A program made the position numbers and the translations under genes. Positions 58,147 through 62,683 of a DNA stretch of 62,683 nucleotides are shown piece by piece (positions within the stretch are counted from its first letter, which is position 1; each line of letters opens with the position of its first letter). Under the pieces are notes generated by a model that did not search any database, was not told the origin of the DNA, and was given only the letters and a program-made list of their open reading frames with translations. The DNA lies in contig JAHEYR010000001.1 in the NCBI GenBank assembly GCA_023251485.1, positions 1 to 62,683 of the forward strand. Direction: 5' to 3'. This stretch comes from Bacteroidales bacterium. GTDB taxonomy: Bacteria; Bacteroidota; Bacteroidia; Bacteroidales; Cfx3-03.

Positions 58147-61100
58147 TATTTTGTAGTTGTTTTTGAGCTATCTAACTGACTTAACTTCTCTTTGGCAGAA
58201 GGAATAATGTCGTCTTCGCCCTTGTAGTTTTCGATTACACTTTGTAGGGTAACCTTTGCCTGAAATGCATTGCCTAGTTGAACATATACATCAGACAGTA
58301 GCACAAAGCCTTTGGCTACCCAGTAATCATTTGAGGCGTAATTAGTTTGAAGGTTGAGGATGATTTTTTCAGCCTCCTTGTATTTCTGTTGGTTGAAGTT
58401 AAATTGTGCCAGATAGAAATTGGCTTCTGCTCCAAGAGCTCCCGGTTCGGAAGTTATTTTCTCTAATGACCGTTTTGCTAATGGCAAGTTGTTGAGCTTT
58501 AATGCAGCAACACCGATGATGAGATTGGATTCAGAAACTACTGTAGCATTGTTCTCTGTGTTATTCCCCAGTCGTTGTGCTGCCTGAGCAGCCAAGCCAA
58601 AGTTGTTTAATTTATAGTTGCAACGCATTTGCCCGATATAGGCATCGTTGCGTAAGCTCTTATCGGTGGTATTTGCTTCAAGTTTTGTGTAATAATCTAA
58701 GGCTGTTGTGTACTGTTTTTGCTGATAGGTTATCGCTGCGGCACCCGCAAGGGCTTTGTCATAATTAGCAGAAGCAGGTAAAGTGATGATACGTTCATAA
58801 TCTTCTAATGCAGATTTATTATCACCTGATTTGCTTTCGCAATCTGCTTTATACCATGAGGCTTTTGCTGAGAAGCTTCCTGTTGGGAATTGTTTCAGAT
58901 ATGAGTTGAATCCACGGATAGCTTCTTCGCAATTTCCTTTCAGGTATTGCGACTCGGCAGCCACGTAAAGTAATGAGTCTTGTTCGGTGGAGGAGATGTT
59001 CCCTTGTTGAAACTTCGATGAGTAGGCAACGAAATCATCTACACGGTTCATGTCGACATAAATGTTTTTCAGGGTGGCGAGTGCTTCGCGTGATTCTTGT
59101 GTGTTGTTATACTTCGATATCAACGTCTTTAACATCTCAACAGCCTGAGTGTTTTGATCGTTATTGTAATAGATGAGTCCAGATTTCAGCATCGATTTGG
59201 CTGCCATCGGACTCTTCGGATAGCGTGTGATGACTTCGTTGAAAGCTTCCAGGGCCTTGGTGTCTTCTTTTTGAAGGAGGTAGGCATTACCTATCTCGTA
59301 GCGGGCCTGATCTGAATATGAAGATTGAGGATACCGATCAATGATTTGTTGAAGGCTTTGCACTTTTTGTTTTAAGTCGCCTCGTGCTCCCATGGCCATT
59401 GCCTTCTGGATATAGACATATTCGGGGGATGCGGCTCTTAGTTGTAGTGCCTCATCATAGTTTCGGATTGCCTCACTAAAGTTTTTCGACATCAGATAGC
59501 AATCGGCCGAACGAATATAGGCATCAGAGAGACTCCGGTTGTCTTTGATCCTTTTGTCCTGAACAAATCGTTTGAAGTATGTATTGGCCTGAGCATACTG
59601 TTTCTGTTTGAAGAAGCAGTATCCCAGATTGTAGTTTACATAAAGGAACCCGGGACTTGAAGGCGCTCCTTTTGCCGTACTGAATTGCTCGTAATAATCG
59701 GCTGCTTTATCCCAGTTATTAAGTTGATAATAGGCTTCGGCGGAGAGATAAAGCGATTGAGCTGCAATAGAACGATCAGTGGTGTATTGAAGTGACTTAG
59801 CAAAAAGCGTGAGGGCTTCTCTGTAGTCGTGATCGTTGTATAACTCTACGCCTCTATAGTATGCAATCTTCTGATAGGCATCTTTTAATTGCTCGTCTTT
59901 GTTCTTTACCGTTTCGATAATTTCCAGTGCTGTCTTGTAATTTTTAGTAACCAATAATAGCTGAGCTAACAAATTGTTAGCTTCATCAATACGATTACTG
60001 GTTGGGTTTGCACTGATATAAGCACGAATGGCTTTTATGGCTTCATTGTAGGGCGAAAAATTGGTTTCGATAGAGAGACGGGCATAGTTGAAGAGTGCCT
60101 CTTCTGCTATTTCTTTATTGAAAGACATCTTGCTGGTAGCTAGGAAAGCTTCTCCTGCAAACTTCTTCTGATTCGTTTTAAGATAACAATCGGCTAAATG
60201 GTACCATGCATTTTGAGAAAGAGAGTCTTGCTCACGGATGACCTCTTGAAACCATTTGATTCCTTTGGCGTAACTAGCTGTTCTATAACAGGCATAACCT
60301 AATTGATAGTAGTCGCTTCGGGTAAGTGCTGATGGATTAGCTTCTGCAAAGCGCTCGAGCAAAGGAATGGCATCAGCATATTGTTCTCTGTTGAAATAGG
60401 CATTACCCGTCAGACGGATCATCTCAACAGAGGCTTTGTTGGTGTTGTCGTTTAATAATGGAACCGAAAGTTTTAGCAGCTCATCGTATCTACCCTGTTG
60501 GTAATAAATCTGAGCCAGATAATAAGGTGCCATCGTACTATAGACTGGAACATCTTTTAATTTATTGAAACCATCTTCGGCCTCCTGATATTTTCCTTTG
60601 ATATAGGCGATGTGAGAATAGTAATAGGTAGCAGGCATAGCCCAAGGTGATGTGCCTTTCTTTACTTGAAAGAATGAACTCTCAGCCTGATCAATTTTCT
60701 TGGCTTTGAACTGACAATAGCCTGTTTTGAAGTAGTATTCAGCGAGTTGGTCATTATTTAAACTGCTTATCTCTACTTGCTCAAAGCTAATAAGGGCATC
60801 GCTATAGCTATTGTCGTTAAATTGTAGACGGCCAAGCTCAAAGAAGGCTACGTTTAAAGATGCATTTTCGGAGTGTGCGTTGATGTATTCGTGCAAGGAA
60901 GTAATTGCATCGGCATTTTGGAGCTTGGCTCCACAGATGGCAGCAAGCAGTGCCGCTTCATCTCTCTCAGATATAGATAGATCTTTTTTATTGGCAATCT
61001 GATCAAATTGAATTCGGGCTGCGCTGAAATTTTCATTACTGAATAATTCATCAGCCATAATCCTGTTTTGTTGGGTGGGTTGAAGCACAACAGTAGCTTG

Positions 61101-61172
61101 GGCCATAGTGGAAACAGGAAGCATGATCGTCAGTAACCCAAAAAGTAGAATAGAATACCTTCTCATCATCAT
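58146..61172 (-). CDS. Giant periplasmic TPR protein with repeated BamD/YbgF-like modules (about 1008 aa)
   Basis: Signal peptide MMMRRYSILLFGLLTIMLPVSTMAQA. There appear to be more than 20 TPR-like units, including IIDRYPQSSYSDQARYEIGNAY, VITRYPKSPMAAKSMLKSGLIY and YLKQFPTGSFSAKASWYKAD. The track ATG at 61235 lies inside the rnpB terminator hairpin, so 61172 is preferred. Confidence 0.8.
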   Translation of the reverse strand: MMMRRYSILLFGLLTIMLPVSTMAQATVVLQPTQQNRIMADELFSNENFSAARIQFDQIANKKDLSISERDEAALLAAICGAKLQNADAITSLHEYINAHSENASLNVAFFELGRLQFNDNSYSDALISFEQVEISSLNNDQLAEYYFKTGYCQFKAKKIDQAESSFFQVKKGTSPWAMPATYYYSHIAYIKGKYQEAEDGFNKLKDVPVYSTMAPYYLAQIYYQQGRYDELLKLSVPLLNDNTNKASVEMIRLTGNAYFNREQYADAIPLLERFAEANPSALTRSDYYQLGYACYRTASYAKGIKWFQEVIREQDSLSQNAWYHLADCYLKTNQKKFAGEAFLATSKMSFNKEIAEEALFNYARLSIETNFSPYNEAIKAIRAYISANPTSNRIDEANNLLAQLLLVTKNYKTALEIIETVKNKDEQLKDAYQKIAYYRGVELYNDHDYREALTLFAKSLQYTTDRSIAAQSLYLSAEAYYQLNNWDKAADYYEQFSTAKGAPSSPGFLYVNYNLGYCFFKQKQYAQANTYFKRFVQDKRIKDNRSLSDAYIRSADCYLMSKNFSEAIRNYDEALQLRAASPEYVYIQKAMAMGARGDLKQKVQSLQQIIDRYPQSSYSDQARYEIGNAYLLQKEDTKALEAFNEVITRYPKSPMAAKSMLKSGLIYYNNDQNTQAVEMLKTLISKYNNTQESREALATLKNIYVDMNRVDDFVAYSSKFQQGNISSTEQDSLLYVAAESQYLKGNCEEAIRGFNSYLKQFPTGSFSAKASWYKADCESKSGDNKSALEDYERIITLPASANYDKALAGAAAITYQQKQYTTALDYYTKLEANTTDKSLRNDAYIGQMRCNYKLNNFGLAAQAAQRLGNNTENNATVVSESNLIIGVAALKLNNLPLAKRSLEKITSEPGALGAEANFYLAQFNFNQQKYKEAEKIILNLQTNYASNDYWVAKGFVLLSDVYVQLGNAFQAKVTLQSVIENYKGEDDIIPSAKEKLSQLDSSKTTTK

Positions 61173-61220
61173 ATATTTGTTAAAGTTTGTAAAGATAACA
61201 TTTACGGAGATGCTATATAA

Positions 61221-61248
61221 CAAAAATCCCGCCATTAAAGCGGGATTT
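61221..61248 (-). terminator. Rho-independent terminator of rnpB
   Basis: The minus strand reads aaatcccgc-tttaatg-gcgggattt followed by tttg, 12 nt downstream of the RNase P RNA 3' end. Confidence 0.8.
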
Positions 61249-61259
61249 AATATACAAAT

Positions 61260-61634
61260 GGTCGTCTTGTAAGCAGGATCCTGTTATTCCGGCAAGCCGG
61301 AACTTCCATCATTTATCTAGACCTGCTGTTGCCAACAGGTTCAAACGACCTACCCCCCGAGATTGGACGAGCAGTCCTTATTTTAGATTTCTCCAAACGC
61401 CCCGGTGTACATGGCCTTTCAGCCCATAAGGTTTACCCCCGCCAACTGTTCCCAGCCCGCGTCGTGGGCTCTTACCCCGCGTTTTCACCCTTACCTGCTC
61501 CTAAGAACAGGCGGTAATTTTCTGTGGCACTTTCTGTACCCTTACGAGTCCTTCCCTTTCGGAAGTATGGTGCTCTATGCTGCCCTGACTTTCCTCTTCT
61601 ATCTCAAGAATAGAAGCGATAGAAACCGACGACC
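61260..61634 (-). ncRNA. rnpB: RNase P RNA, bacterial type A
   Basis: The minus strand carries GAGGAAAGUCAGGGC (P4 5' strand), ACAGAAAAUUACCGCC, GGGUGAAAACGCGGGGUAAGAGCCCAC and ACAGGAUCCUGCUUAC (P4 3' strand). It also has a P1 pairing ggucguc/gacgacc. Confidence 0.93.
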
Positions 61635-61671
61635 ACCATGTTCTTTGCAAAGATAATCTTAAATATGCTGA

Positions 61672-62683
61672 TTATTTACTTTCACCCAGTAATACTTCGA
61701 TGGCCCCATTGCCATATTGAGCAAAGGCTGCGTTTCTGAAACGTACTCCTTCGATCTCTTTCAACGCTTCTGTTAATGTATGACGGAGTGTTCCATTGCC
61801 AATTCCATGAATGTAAACCACTTTATTGTAGCTCTCTGCGAGTGCACAGTCAAGGGTCTTCATAAAATACTCCTTTTGCAGCTTCAGTATCTCAAAGTTA
61901 GTCATACGTCCATAGTCTTCGGTAAGCGAAGAGATATGAAGATCGACTTCAGCTTCACCATTCTTTATTTTATGACGCTCAATGATAGACTCATTCTTGA
62001 TGATGGTCGATTTTTGAGCAGTATGGGGCTGTCCAAACTTGGCGGCCAACTCATCAAGGATGTTCTGATCGGGATTATTGGATGCGGGAACTTCAACGGC
62101 GAGAACAAGCATAGCCCGTTCTACAAACCATGGTGACTCTGTGTAGTTGTCTTCCTTCATCGTCTTCGGCTGCTTAATCTTAAATTCAGACGACACCGGA
62201 CTTAATGGATTTGGCGTTGACGGTTGATGAAAAAGAACTTGTAGAATGCCATCATTCCAGTCATTTATATCTTTACGTTCCAATTCAAAAAGATGAAGAC
62301 TGCTATCGGGTTCTACTGACCCGAAATCGGTTCCGGTATATCTTCCATCCGGTTTGCGGAGGTAGAGATTAAAGAGGATGTCAGTTTCGGTGTGGTTCAC
62401 CAGATAGATATTCATTGTTCCAGAAATCAAAACACGCTGATCTTGAGGAATAACGGCTAGATAAACTCCTTTAGGAAAACGACTGCTATCTACAGTAGGT
62501 TTATGAATGTTTTTCTGAGATACCCTTTCAGAAAAATCTTCTTCTTCTTCTTCTTCGCGGGATTCTATATTTTTTTGTTGAGTTGGCTGGTCTGTATGGG
62601 ATGAAACAGCAGGTGTCTTAGGTTTTCTGAATCCAAAGTCTTCATCAAAAAATCTGCTGGCGGGATCGACAGCATCGATCTTT
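61672..62683 (-). CDS. DUF2027-like / Smr-domain protein, 5' end beyond the window
   Basis: C-terminal Smr block EVDLHISSL..VVYIHGIGNGTLRHTL. By hand translation the frame stays open upstream of the track TTG start to the window edge (..KGVYLAVIPQDQRVLISGT..), so the gene is partial. Confidence 0.75.
   Translation of the reverse strand, partial: KIDAVDPASRFFDEDFGFRKPKTPAVSSHTDQPTQQKNIESREEEEEEDFSERVSQKNIHKPTVDSSRFPKGVYLAVIPQDQRVLISGTMNIYLVNHTETDILFNLYLRKPDGRYTGTDFGSVEPDSSLHLFELERKDINDWNDGILQVLFHQPSTPNPLSPVSSEFKIKQPKTMKEDNYTESPWFVERAMLVLAVEVPASNNPDQNILDELAAKFGQPHTAQKSTIIKNESIIERHKIKNGEAEVDLHISSLTEDYGRMTNFEILKLQKEYFMKTLDCALAESYNKVVYIHGIGNGTLRHTLTEALKEIEGVRFRNAAFAQYGNGAIEVLLGESK

Noticed and set aside
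61173-61235. 21-codon N-terminal extension of the TPR gene (MAGFLLYSISVNV..)
   Set aside because: The ATG sits inside the rnpB terminator stem. The signal peptide only makes sense from the MMMRRYS start at 61172.
61329-61656. 62-aa and 83-aa plus-strand ORFs
   Set aside because: They lie on the opposite strand of RNase P RNA, whose conserved P4, P10-12 and ACAGAAA motifs are all present. The ORFs are by-products of a GC-rich structured RNA gene.
62539-62556. (TTC)6 trinucleotide repeat, encoding a Glu6 tract in the DUF2027/Smr gene
   Set aside because: It is short and in frame within an acidic linker. Six units is marginal for slipped-strand variation, and nothing suggests phase variation.
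1-62683. Search for CRISPR arrays, tRNA, rRNA, tmRNA, reverse transcriptases, integrases or prophage blocks
   Set aside because: I found no regularly spaced direct repeats and no tRNA-like cloverleaf candidates in the intergenic regions. I also recognised no RT, integrase or phage-structural motifs in the ORF track. The only RNA gene recognised is rnpB, and the only mobile element is the IS4-family copy.

Overview
This 62.7-kb window is a chromosomal segment of a Bacteroidota genome. Supporting signs are a SusC/SusD pair, T9SS genes, TAnnTTTG-type promoter motifs and AT-rich intergenic DNA. Coding density is high and most genes are housekeeping.

Left to right:
- A fructan-type PUL fragment on the minus strand (sugar porter, fructokinase, SusC, SusD start), with a divergent GH92-like hydrolase.
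- A 7TM-PAS-GAF histidine kinase that converges on and overlaps a GH78 rhamnosidase.
- A 960-bp gap with no ORF of 60 aa or more, holding a perfect 29-bp GC-rich palindrome, followed by an orphan receiver protein.
- birA, rsfS, ftsH, a LUD protein, cdsA and psd, then a small Cys/Lys-rich secreted peptide.
- A HAD hydrolase, an SPFH plus Arc-like pair, and an ECF sigma / anti-sigma / DUF4252 module.
- A POT transporter and a radical SAM protein.
- A PorV/PorQ-like barrel followed by a ComEA-type HhH domain fused to an outer-membrane (OM) barrel.
- DUF2461, DUF4861, folC, kup, a DedA protein, a Met-rich Spy/CpxP-like protein and ispF.
- The T9SS/gliding block porV-porU and divergent gldJ, then murF and anmK.
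- A small accessory islet (long imperfect hairpin, cupin, ATPase with a PD-(D/E)xK domain, GNAT) ending in an IS4-family insertion sequence.
- A tightly packed minus-strand operon: giant BamD/YbgF-like TPR protein, unknown barrel, Omp85 lipoprotein and a RecD-like helicase.
- RNase P RNA, and a partial DUF2027/Smr gene at the right edge.

I recognised no CRISPR array, tRNA or rRNA. The three candidates I rate highest for undescribed biology are the HhH-barrel/PorQ-like pair, the TPR-barrel-Omp85 operon, and the palindrome-bearing ORF-free gap. All functional calls rest on reading motifs by eye, without any database search.
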